This document shows positions 27,156-36,610 of a DNA stretch of 64,000 nt, in pieces. Both the position numbers and the translations under genes were made by a program. The stretch comes from a virus. The number at the start of each line of letters is the position of its first letter. Within the stretch, counting starts at the first letter, position 1. Below the pieces are notes generated by a model. The model ran no database searches. It had not been told where the DNA came from and saw only the letters and a program-made list of their open reading frames with translations. Location of the stretch: IMG/VR virus record IMGVR_UViG_3300037184_000121, positions 1 to 64,000 of that record; one strand, 5' to 3'.

Positions 27156-28889
27156 TTGCCAGATCTATTAGGCCCTTCTGGGCAACCTTTGCCACCTAAC
27201 CCTTTTACACAGTCACAGTCGCAGAATGTGAGTGCTAATGTTTCTGTTAATACCCAACCTGCTGAGAGAGCTTTTGCTGACTTGCAGAAGGTTCTAGATG
27301 GGTTGATGAAGAACTTTGGGGTGAATTGGGAGAAAGCTTCTCATGATGGAATGGCTGCACAAGAACGATTTTATAGTTATATTGGGGATAAACAGAAAGA
27401 ACGGGAATTGGCTCTAAAACGATATAGTTCCGAAGCTATTAGTGGTATAGAAAAGGAAAGAGATGCAGCTATTGCAGCATTAGACGCAAAGAAGATGGCT
27501 CATGAAGATTTTGAAAAAGAAAAGACACGAATTACAGATGATGCAGAAAAAGCTAGAAAGAAGATTGGGGAAGAGACTGATAGAAAAAGAAAGCAATCTA
27601 GTGGAGTTATGCAGTCTATTGCAAAATTTGCTGGTGATGTAGGAGGTCCTTTTGGAGGAGCAATAAGTTCACAGATAACAAGTATGGCAGAGCATCCAAT
27701 AGCATATCTTGTTTCTGGTGCAATAATGGCAGGTATAGAGAAAAGTATAGTTCATGCTCAGTTTACAAGAGCTGGGGCAGGACTTGCAGGAGCAGGATTT
27801 AGGCTTGGTGCAGGTGCTTCAACTGCAGAAGCTTTTGATAGAGCTTTATTTGGTCCTGGTGTAGCAGGAGGCCGTTTTGGGGCAGCTTTATCAAGGGATC
27901 AGCAAGTACAGATTATGGCGCAAATGGCTGGATCTAGAACAATGATAGATCAAGCTAGAGGTGGGGGTTTTGGAGCTATTTCAGGGAATCTTGGTTTATT
28001 TGCAAATATCCTTCCTGATGCTTCAAAAGAGATGGAAATTTTTACAGATGCTACTAAAGATTTAGGGATGTCTCAGAAAGATATTACTAACACTTTTGTT
28101 TCTTCTCGTGTTAATGCGGATCGTCTTAAAATAACTCAATTAGATGCTATTGCAACCCAGATGGATATGGCAAGAGCCCTTCGTAATGTTACAAATGATG
28201 GAGTAGTTGCAGCAAATGTTCTTTATAATATTACTGGTTATTTGAATGCAATTGGAGCAAGTGAGAGTGAAAAGATTAGAATAGCGGGAGCTGTTGGGCA
28301 AGCAGGAGCCAATCTTTCTTTTCAAACACTTTATGGAATGTCCACTTTTCTTAATGATGGGAAAAGACCAACCTTTGAAGGTATGTTTGGCACAGGTGCC
28401 TATGGAGTTGCAGGAAGCAAGGTAGGAATAATGCATGACCCTTTTAAGACATTAGGAGGGTTTTTAACTAAAATTGGAGGACAGTTTCACGATCCTAATG
28501 TCAGAATGCTTGTAGCTTCCCAATTGATGGATAAATATGTTCCTGGCCTTCGTATGCAAGATATTCCTCAATTTTTTAATCTTGCAGCTGCTGCTATGCG
28601 GGGAGATAAGGGCATAGATTATGGAAAAGAATTTGAAAAATTAGAGAAAAAGACTCCCCAAATAGCTATGGCTGAAGGTATTAATACGTTAGTTCAGATT
28701 GTTGCTCCTATCGTAAGATTGGAGAATGTATTTACTAACTTCTGGCCAATGATTGATGAGCGTATAAATAAGTTATTCAATCATTTTGGAATAGGTACAA
28801 TTAAGGGATTGCCAAAAAAGATGATGGATTGGGTTGACATGAATATTAAACACAAAGGACCAGCAGGTGGTGCTTCTGGTACTTATTAA
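27156..28889 (+). CDS. Tape measure protein
   Basis: Ala/Gly/Met-rich helical protein after the chaperones; GAGG RBS before TTG start. Confidence 0.75.
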   Translation: MPDLLGPSGQPLPPNPFTQSQSQNVSANVSVNTQPAERAFADLQKVLDGLMKNFGVNWEKASHDGMAAQERFYSYIGDKQKERELALKRYSSEAISGIEKERDAAIAALDAKKMAHEDFEKEKTRITDDAEKARKKIGEETDRKRKQSSGVMQSIAKFAGDVGGPFGGAISSQITSMAEHPIAYLVSGAIMAGIEKSIVHAQFTRAGAGLAGAGFRLGAGASTAEAFDRALFGPGVAGGRFGAALSRDQQVQIMAQMAGSRTMIDQARGGGFGAISGNLGLFANILPDASKEMEIFTDATKDLGMSQKDITNTFVSSRVNADRLKITQLDAIATQMDMARALRNVTNDGVVAANVLYNITGYLNAIGASESEKIRIAGAVGQAGANLSFQTLYGMSTFLNDGKRPTFEGMFGTGAYGVAGSKVGIMHDPFKTLGGFLTKIGGQFHDPNVRMLVASQLMDKYVPGLRMQDIPQFFNLAAAAMRGDKGIDYGKEFEKLEKKTPQIAMAEGINTLVQIVAPIVRLENVFTNFWPMIDERINKLFNHFGIGTIKGLPKKMMDWVDMNIKHKGPAGGASGTY

Positions 28890-28902
28890 AAGGTAATTAA
28901 CA

Positions 28903-29400
28903 ATGGCTAATATCTATCCTGTTCGTCTAAATAACTTAAATTTCTATGTTAATCCTAGAAATATGAAAGTGACTAAAGGTGTGAATTATGGAACACTCCC
29001 TACACAAGGAGGCGTTCAGTATCAGATTTGGTATAATGCTCCTGAAATGTTAATTATGACAGGAGCTTCAGCAGGACAGACAGCCTATCAGGAACTTTTA
29101 TTTTTAAAACAGCAGTTTGAGAGTAATAATAAGTTAAGTACACTTTTTTATAAAACTCAATTATATCAAGGTTTTCTTACTCTGTTGGATGTTGAAGCTT
29201 CTACAAGTCATTTGAATGAGTTTACATATACAATAAATTTTCAGTTGCTATTTGGGCAGCAATTTGCTATTGAAGATTTCTCCATTTCTACTACGAATAA
29301 TGGAGTGGTTGAAGGGGCAATTGGTCGATTACAAAATATTTTAAATATTCCATTAAATAAGGCTAGTGCGAATATAACGAATCTATTACAGAAGTTCTAA
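28903..29400 (+). CDS. Tail tube initiator / baseplate tube-like protein
   Basis: FYVNP...T.GG...W...G.S...F.Y.INF pattern after tape measure. Confidence 0.65.
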   Translation: MANIYPVRLNNLNFYVNPRNMKVTKGVNYGTLPTQGGVQYQIWYNAPEMLIMTGASAGQTAYQELLFLKQQFESNNKLSTLFYKTQLYQGFLTLLDVEASTSHLNEFTYTINFQLLFGQQFAIEDFSISTTNNGVVEGAIGRLQNILNIPLNKASANITNLLQKF

Positions 29401-29402
29401 TT

Positions 29403-31826
29403 ATGGCAAACAACGATCAGGTCAGTCAAGAATATCTATTAGTTAAATGCTTCCTTTACAAGTATACTCCTCCTTTTGCTCAAGTGTTAACACCAACGGC
29501 AGGGGGGGATGTGACTTCTACAACATTTTCTGGATTATCTACTTTTAAACCTTATGAGATTCCTTTAGATGATACTCATTATTTTACAAAGTATGATATT
29601 TCTCAATTTGTTACATCTTATGCATTTGAGCAGAATATTGATGAAACAACTTATTCATGGTCTGTAGAATTGCAAGATTTAGCTCTTAGTTATGGACTAA
29701 TTAATAGTAAGTTGAAAGTAAAACCCCCTTCAGGAAGTTCTTTAAAAGGAGGTCTTTCTTTTACTAATTCCTCTATTTCAGGAAATTATTTAGCTGAATA
29801 TGAGACAGATGCTAATACTTTTAAAAATAATACTAAAGCTATTTTTGGGTCTAATCCAGCAAATTTAGTTGACCCTATTTTGACTGCTAAGATAAGTCGT
29901 GGTTTCACTCCTGGACCTTTAACTGTGCAGAATCCAAATCTGAATGCAGCTTTATCAACCGTTCCTGGACTCAGACTTAGTGATTTGATTCAAGAATATG
30001 ATTTTATTTCATTATTTCTTTATAAAAATACTACCCCATTGACAGATATTTATGGTTGTGTTATTACCTTAACTGGGTCTGTGTCAGCACTTCCAAATAA
30101 TCCTTTGTACCTTTTTGAATACGCTTTTACAAATTCAGATCAGGTATCTTTTGGTAATGCTTTTAATGCTGCAAATTATCAGCCTCTAACAGATGCAAAT
30201 CTTCAATATGAATCTATTTTAATGACCAAAATTAAAATGCCCAATGGTCAGAGTCAGACCTTATTTTCTAATGAATTTAATGGTTTTGTAATGAAAAAGA
30301 ATACAGCTAGTGCTATTGGCCAAGTTGATAGGGTTACAATAGCAGGGAATGGTTGGAGTCGTTTATTTGGTGCTACTCGTCGTGCAATGAAGACTTCTTT
30401 ATTTGCAAATGCCTTGTATCAAATTGGGCAGGTTACAGGCTTAAAGGATGTTACTCCATACGAAAATATCTTTGCAGGTCAGCCTATAGCAAATATTATA
30501 CAAGATTTGTTTGATAGTCTTTATAGAATTGATTTTAATACTACTACAGCAGAACTTGTTAAAGCTGCTGCACAACCCATAAATCCTTTGAATTCAACAA
30601 ACTTAGCGACTTCTACTCAGGTACAGACAGATTTTTTTGCAAGTCCTTTAGGAATTACAGGAACTGTGCCAGCGGCTACTTCTAGTCCTACATTGCAACC
30701 TTTAGGAACTAGCTTCTATAATATTACCTCGTTAATAGTAGGAAATTCATACCCCGCAAATTTATTTACTTTGCCTCCTTATTTGTTATCTACAGTAATG
30801 AAGCTTAGACCTTTCGCCTATATTGAACCACTAAATTTTCCAGTATCAGATGATTTTATAAGCGGAGCAACTTCTGCAGCAGCATCGAAATTTACTACTG
30901 CAAATGCTTCTGGAGTACAAACGTCACCTGCAACATTTCAGCAAGTAATTCAGAATTATAATACTAGTCAACAAGTTATAAATTATACGAGCACAAGTCC
31001 CGTATTTATTGATCCAAGTGTTCAGAATTTGGTAGCCTATTTTAATTATTTAGATGTAGTATTTCTTCCTTATAGTCCACAATTACAAACTCCATATGAA
31101 ATTTTAGATCAAATTCGAAGTATTACATTTACAGAAATTTTTGAACAGCCTAGTGGTCAGTTTCTAGTACGTTCACCCCAATATAACAATATGGCTGCTT
31201 CTGTTCCAGGAAGATCTGATATTTCTATGATTCGGAGTAGGAATTTAAATATTCTTTCTACAAATTATACAGAAACTGTAGAACATCTAGTGACTAGACT
31301 AATATCAGGTTATTCTACTAGTGTATTACCTACAGATCTGCTAAAACAATTTGGCTATTGTGATGGAAAACTTTTAATTCAAAATGGATTAACAGAAATG
31401 GAGACAATAGCAAATCCAAATACTTCAACAATTTCTTTATCTAATCCTACAACTAATAACAGTTCTATTCCAGGTATTTTTGGATGGGCCGAATATTTGA
31501 TGGAATTATCTAATGCTAAACTTAAAACAGGCACTATTATGTGTGATTTAGATAATACAATTCAAGTAGGACAGACATTTATTGATGAGACAAAATTTAA
31601 ATTTGGATATATTATAGGTGTTAGCAAGCATGTTGCTGTGGCGGGAACAGCTACGATGTCTCTTAATTTATCATATGTACGTGATGCTGTCCCTTCATAT
31701 TCTGATCCATCTAACCCATATGCAATTACAGGCATAAATGTAGATTTGTTACCTATTTTAACAGATATTGAGAATTCATTTGCATCAGGTACTTTAAAAC
31801 CAACGTCACAGACAACCAATATATGA
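29403..31826 (+). CDS. Baseplate hub protein
   Basis: Gene order; DISQFV, FNGFV, EIFEQPSG..VR.P, Y(I)IGV.. motifs. Confidence 0.6.
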   Translation: MANNDQVSQEYLLVKCFLYKYTPPFAQVLTPTAGGDVTSTTFSGLSTFKPYEIPLDDTHYFTKYDISQFVTSYAFEQNIDETTYSWSVELQDLALSYGLINSKLKVKPPSGSSLKGGLSFTNSSISGNYLAEYETDANTFKNNTKAIFGSNPANLVDPILTAKISRGFTPGPLTVQNPNLNAALSTVPGLRLSDLIQEYDFISLFLYKNTTPLTDIYGCVITLTGSVSALPNNPLYLFEYAFTNSDQVSFGNAFNAANYQPLTDANLQYESILMTKIKMPNGQSQTLFSNEFNGFVMKKNTASAIGQVDRVTIAGNGWSRLFGATRRAMKTSLFANALYQIGQVTGLKDVTPYENIFAGQPIANIIQDLFDSLYRIDFNTTTAELVKAAAQPINPLNSTNLATSTQVQTDFFASPLGITGTVPAATSSPTLQPLGTSFYNITSLIVGNSYPANLFTLPPYLLSTVMKLRPFAYIEPLNFPVSDDFISGATSAAASKFTTANASGVQTSPATFQQVIQNYNTSQQVINYTSTSPVFIDPSVQNLVAYFNYLDVVFLPYSPQLQTPYEILDQIRSITFTEIFEQPSGQFLVRSPQYNNMAASVPGRSDISMIRSRNLNILSTNYTETVEHLVTRLISGYSTSVLPTDLLKQFGYCDGKLLIQNGLTEMETIANPNTSTISLSNPTTNNSSIPGIFGWAEYLMELSNAKLKTGTIMCDLDNTIQVGQTFIDETKFKFGYIIGVSKHVAVAGTATMSLNLSYVRDAVPSYSDPSNPYAITGINVDLLPILTDIENSFASGTLKPTSQTTNI

Positions 31827-32869
31827 ACAATTATCGTATTTTTCAAGCTCAAATTTTAGCTAAAGATCCAGTAACCCCTAGGCAGTATTCGGTGGTAGAG
31901 ATTCCTAATGGTCAAAAATTGGTTGGGGTTCAGCTTCCGAATGCTTTAAAAGATCAAAGTGCTCCCTTACTCGGTAGTATTGTTTTAGTGCTTCAGTTGG
32001 ATGCCTATAGATCTTATATTTTAATGGTATTGAGAGAGCCCTATACATTCTTATCTACCAATGATCAGTATAGAGGTTTTATTCCATCTGTAGGAAATGC
32101 TGCTCAAGATATTCATAATCATGCCAATCCTATTCAAGATGGCGAAATCTATATGGAAGCAACAGGCCCTTCTTCACCTACAGGACAGGGGATTCCAGGT
32201 TTTGGGGCTCACCTATACCTTGGCAACAATGGGACTGCTCAAATTGAATCTGGGTCCACTGGTGAGCGTTTGGTAGTAGGTGGCACAGGTTCCGATGATG
32301 ATCATGAGGTAGTATTGTCAGCAGATAATGGTTATTTTGAGAGTAATACAGGTACAAATAATATTCAAAGTACTTTCAATTTTACAACAAATTCTGTTAC
32401 TGGATTAACTGAAGGTCTTCAAATAGCTACACAGTTATCTGTTCCTACAGGTCTTACTACAGTTGAAACTCCTATTTGTGAATTGACAATGGATACAATA
32501 GGGAATATATCTCTTAATAATACTACTTTTGGGACTGGAATAAGTTTGGCTTCTTTAAAGATGGACCCCCTTGGAGATATTTCTTTAACTGGGACTACAA
32601 TTTCTTTAAATGGTGGAGTTGGCCAAGGTGTAGCTCGATTGAATGACTTAACAATTTCAAATACATCTACGGACCCAATTTATTGGTTGTTTATACAGGC
32701 AATTCAAAGCTTTTTTACGGCATTGGCAGGATTTCAAGGTGGAAGTCCTGTGTTGCATTCTGAACTTGGAGCATTAGGAGCAGCTTTCTTAGCACAATCA
32801 CCAATTGTTCCTCCATCAATAACAAGCAAGATAAGTACATCATCACTTTCAGTCACGGCGGGTAATTAA
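31823..32869 (+). CDS. Baseplate central spike (gpV/gp5-like)
   Basis: N-terminal OB-like P.LGS.VLV, beta-helix repeats, GVARLND, C-terminal I...S..V.AG. Confidence 0.65.
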   Translation: MNNYRIFQAQILAKDPVTPRQYSVVEIPNGQKLVGVQLPNALKDQSAPLLGSIVLVLQLDAYRSYILMVLREPYTFLSTNDQYRGFIPSVGNAAQDIHNHANPIQDGEIYMEATGPSSPTGQGIPGFGAHLYLGNNGTAQIESGSTGERLVVGGTGSDDDHEVVLSADNGYFESNTGTNNIQSTFNFTTNSVTGLTEGLQIATQLSVPTGLTTVETPICELTMDTIGNISLNNTTFGTGISLASLKMDPLGDISLTGTTISLNGGVGQGVARLNDLTISNTSTDPIYWLFIQAIQSFFTALAGFQGGSPVLHSELGALGAAFLAQSPIVPPSITSKISTSSLSVTAGN

Positions 32870-32870
32870 G

Positions 32871-33362
32871 ATGCCTAATCCTCCTACATCTGCTTTAACA
32901 ACATTAGGTACATGCTTTTACAATTTCGTGAAGGCTATACTTTGCGGTAACGTTATTTTAAAAAGTACATTCAAAACCTTTTTGAATAGTCAGATATTGG
33001 CAGCAAATGCAGAGATTGCAATACTTGGAGCACAGGTTGTACGATTGGATATTTTGAATTCATTTGCACAATTAGAAATTAATACTCTTGCAGCAGTGCA
33101 GAATAAGATACAAGCAGATCTCAACGTGGTTCTTGGTCCTATGGTAGGAGCTTCTACTTGTCCAGTGATTAGCAATTTTATAGCTCAGGCTGAAAGTGGG
33201 GCAACTCTTAAGGCATTGGCAGGATTGCAGAATCTCATATACACGTACAATAGGAGAGCCTACGTTGCAACTGCTATTTCAAATAAAGTTAAATCGTTAC
33301 AAAATTTTGTGAATAAAGCGCAAACAGCTTTAAATTTAATTGATCAGATTTGTGGATCTTAA
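32871..33362 (+). CDS. Helical hypothetical baseplate-region protein
   Basis: 163-aa ORF coupled between spike and wedge genes. Confidence 0.55.
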   Translation: MPNPPTSALTTLGTCFYNFVKAILCGNVILKSTFKTFLNSQILAANAEIAILGAQVVRLDILNSFAQLEINTLAAVQNKIQADLNVVLGPMVGASTCPVISNFIAQAESGATLKALAGLQNLIYTYNRRAYVATAISNKVKSLQNFVNKAQTALNLIDQICGS

Positions 33363-33371
33363 GGAAAAAAT

Positions 33372-33851
33372 ATGTCAGATCTTTTGTTAACAACTATCCC
33401 AGTTTCAGGTCAGCCCCAGTATCCACCTCAACAGGGGAATCCTTCCCAATATTTTGGAGAGGGTACGAATGATTTGCAGATTGGGTCAAATAATGATTTT
33501 ACTTTGGTAAGTGGATTAGAGGAAACAGTTCAGGATGTTCAGAAGATTCTCTTAACAGAGCAGGGCACACCCATTACATTGTTCCCATTGTATGGCACTA
33601 CACTCCAATCCTTAATCGGCAACAGGATGAATCCAGCGACTATCAGTGGCACAGTGCAGCAGCAAATTACTCAAGCTCTACAGGTACTTTATCTGCTTAC
33701 ACAGAATAGAAGTAATCCAGCAGAAATTGTACAAACACTTTATTCGTTAAATGTATCGCTTCAGAGCGAAACAAATATAGCAGCATTATTAACCGTGATC
33801 GCCATGAATAATGAGGAGATCACAACTGGCATAAACGTAGGATCAATATAA
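33372..33851 (+). CDS. Baseplate wedge/sheath initiator (gp25/gpW-like)
   Basis: QDVQKILLTEQG...FPLYGT.L..LIG. Confidence 0.8.
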   Translation: MSDLLLTTIPVSGQPQYPPQQGNPSQYFGEGTNDLQIGSNNDFTLVSGLEETVQDVQKILLTEQGTPITLFPLYGTTLQSLIGNRMNPATISGTVQQQITQALQVLYLLTQNRSNPAEIVQTLYSLNVSLQSETNIAALLTVIAMNNEEITTGINVGSI

Positions 33852-33852
33852 G

Positions 33853-34737
33853 ATGGCAAAAATTAAATTATCTGGAATATATAAAATTCAACATATAGAT
33901 GGAAAGATGTATGTTGGATCTGCTATTAATATTGATAAACGTTGGAAACTTCATTTGGCACAATTACATAGTAATAGACACCATTCAATCCTTCTTCAAA
34001 GAGCATGGAATAAATATGGTGAAGTTGCATTTAAATTTGAAGTATTAGAAATCGTTGACAATCCTACCAAAGAGTTATTGGAAGAAAGAGAACAATTTTG
34101 GATGGATTATTATCAATGCTATGATCCTGAAAAAGGATACAATGTAGCCATTAAGGCTGGAACAAATTTAGGTATTAAAAAGTCTAAAGAAGCACGTTTA
34201 AAATTAAGTCTTGCACGAAAAGGTTGTGTAGCATGGAATAAAGATTCTTGGAAAGATAAAGTATCTGAAGAAGAACTTGTTGCCTATTACCAAGCAGGAA
34301 ATTCTATGGGTGATTGTAAAATGAAATTTCATATTTCATTGGATTCCATTAGGTTGATTTTAAGACGAAATAATGTTATGCGTTCTCCATTAGAAGGACG
34401 AAGGCAAGAAAAATTTAGAAATAAGATAAGAATGACAGTTATTGGAAAACCTTCACCACGGAAAGGAATAAAAACAGAAAAAATAAGTTGGAATAATGGC
34501 ATTTGGAAGAGTAAAGCTTCTGAAGAAGAGATAGTTGAATTTTATAAATTAGGTAATTCAATACAAGATTGTCATGAACATTTTAACATATCTGTAGATA
34601 CTATTCGAATGGTTTTGAATAAACATAATGTTGTTCGTACACCACATGAAGGAATGATTTTAGAAAAAGCTCAGGGTAAAAGAATAAAAGCTTACAAAAA
34701 ATGGCGTAATACAAATAAAATTTTAGTTGAGGCATAA
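33853..34737 (+). CDS. GIY-YIG homing endonuclease with duplicated HTH module
   Basis: SGIYKI..YVGSA, REQFWMD, GYN; two copies of SEEE.V..Y..GNS..DC...F.IS.D.IR. Confidence 0.92.
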   Translation: MAKIKLSGIYKIQHIDGKMYVGSAINIDKRWKLHLAQLHSNRHHSILLQRAWNKYGEVAFKFEVLEIVDNPTKELLEEREQFWMDYYQCYDPEKGYNVAIKAGTNLGIKKSKEARLKLSLARKGCVAWNKDSWKDKVSEEELVAYYQAGNSMGDCKMKFHISLDSIRLILRRNNVMRSPLEGRRQEKFRNKIRMTVIGKPSPRKGIKTEKISWNNGIWKSKASEEEIVEFYKLGNSIQDCHEHFNISVDTIRMVLNKHNVVRTPHEGMILEKAQGKRIKAYKKWRNTNKILVEA

Positions 34738-34739
34738 TT

Positions 34740-36605
34740 ATGGCATTTCCCACATTCAGTCAAATCATTCAGCAAATGGTATCATTTTTACAGATATCGC
34801 GGCCAGATATCGCGTCTACACCTGGAACAGTAGTTTCGGACGTAATTATTTCAACTGTTGCAAATCAATTATCTGCTCAAAATGGTACTGATCCTTCTGT
34901 TTTTTCAAACTTGCAATATACACAGAATCTCCAAGCTTTTGTAGTGAATGCAGCTACAATTCTCCCTGCGGATATGGACAATATTGCACAGAATTATGGT
35001 ATGGTTAGAAATCCTGCAGTTCAGGCTACAGGATTTATCACGCTAAGGATTAGAAATTACACTACTTCTTCACCTATTATTACAGTTCCTTCTGGAATGA
35101 CAGTTACTACTCTATCTACCTCTAATACTCCCGCTGTTTCTTTTTCTACAACAGCCACAAAAACTTTTACGCCCTCTAATGCCCCCAGCTATTACAATCC
35201 TCAAAGTGGATTTTATGAACAAACGGTTGGAATCATAGCACAAACAGCGGGAAGCTTAGGAAATGTAAATTCAAATACCATCGTCTCCCTTGTTGGTCCT
35301 GGTCTTGGTATTGATAGTGTGACAAATATTGCAGCAACTAGTGGTGGAACGAATATTGAATCTAACGTTCAATTTGCTGCTCGTATTCAGATTAAGCTTG
35401 AAGGTAATAACGTAGGCACTCCTAATGGAATAATTTCCCTTATGGAGACAAATCCAAATGTTATTCAAGCTCTTATCGTTGGGCCTAATGATCCTAATCC
35501 TCCCTTGCGTAATCAATATGGGGGAAGTGTCAATGTCTATATTAGGGGGCAGATCCCAGTAACTGTATTGGCAGAACCTTTTACCTATTCTTCAACTGGA
35601 AGTCAGCAGTATGTTTTATTGAATCAGCCAGCACTATCAGTAGGTTCTGTCACTGGTATTGTTGGGGGTGTACCCTATACTTTTGTAGCTGGTACAGATT
35701 ATAAATTTGTATTAAATCCAAATCTTTTACTGGCAGGAAGTACTGAAGCAGCCAGCTATATCGTTTTTGGAAGATCCACTTATTTTAATATTGTAACAGT
35801 AGGTCTTCCTTTTACGGTTGCTACTGTAACAGATAGTGTACATTTAGTTGTTTCTTCTACTATAGGCATGACTGCTGGAGATACAATTGTACAAGGATCT
35901 AATACTACTACAATTACTATCATAACTGATGGGACCCATTTAGTCGTCGGATCTACAATTGGGTGGATAGGATCTGGAACTGCAGCTGCAGATACCTCTG
36001 TATCACAGTTAGTTGTTAATACAACAAGTGGAATGAATCCTGGAGATACAATTGTACAAGGAGCTTTTTTCACTACTGTTACTTCCGTTACTAATTCAAC
36101 TGTAGTTGTAGTGGCAAGTCTAACAGGTGCTGTAGCGGGATCAGCCTTCTTTGAGGGCTTCTTCCCTGATAATAATACAGTGGTCACAATTAATTATACA
36201 TATGATAGTTTGATTGCTACTCTCCAAGCTTTAATTAACAATAATTCTAATCATATTGTCGGCTCAGATATTCTTGTGGTGGAAGCTATTGAAGCAGTAA
36301 TTTCAGGTAATATGGGAATTTTTATTGTTCCAGGTTATGTTCCCGCCACAGTTCAAACTAATGTATCTACAGCACTTTCTACATACATAGATGCCCTTGG
36401 ATTAGGAGCAAACATTGTATTGAGTGAATTAGTTGCAATCGCGCAAGATGTACCAGGAGTAGCAGAGGTTGATCTTACGAGTCTCGTTTTGCAAAGTACA
36501 GAAGGTGTTGTGACGACTACTATACCTCCTGGGCAACAAATTTCAGTCGGTTCGGAGGCTTACCCAGTTACACCAATTGGAATCACTATAACAGTAGAAG
36601 GATAA
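34740..36605 (+). CDS. Baseplate J-like (gp6) wedge protein with inserted repeats
   Basis: MDNIAQNYGMVR.PA.QATG, A..AG..GNV..NTI, GG...ES...F..RI, G.VNVYI, VPGV. Confidence 0.88.
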   Translation: MAFPTFSQIIQQMVSFLQISRPDIASTPGTVVSDVIISTVANQLSAQNGTDPSVFSNLQYTQNLQAFVVNAATILPADMDNIAQNYGMVRNPAVQATGFITLRIRNYTTSSPIITVPSGMTVTTLSTSNTPAVSFSTTATKTFTPSNAPSYYNPQSGFYEQTVGIIAQTAGSLGNVNSNTIVSLVGPGLGIDSVTNIAATSGGTNIESNVQFAARIQIKLEGNNVGTPNGIISLMETNPNVIQALIVGPNDPNPPLRNQYGGSVNVYIRGQIPVTVLAEPFTYSSTGSQQYVLLNQPALSVGSVTGIVGGVPYTFVAGTDYKFVLNPNLLLAGSTEAASYIVFGRSTYFNIVTVGLPFTVATVTDSVHLVVSSTIGMTAGDTIVQGSNTTTITIITDGTHLVVGSTIGWIGSGTAAADTSVSQLVVNTTSGMNPGDTIVQGAFFTTVTSVTNSTVVVVASLTGAVAGSAFFEGFFPDNNTVVTINYTYDSLIATLQALINNNSNHIVGSDILVVEAIEAVISGNMGIFIVPGYVPATVQTNVSTALSTYIDALGLGANIVLSELVAIAQDVPGVAEVDLTSLVLQSTEGVVTTTIPPGQQISVGSEAYPVTPIGITITVEG

Positions 36606-36610
36606 AATTT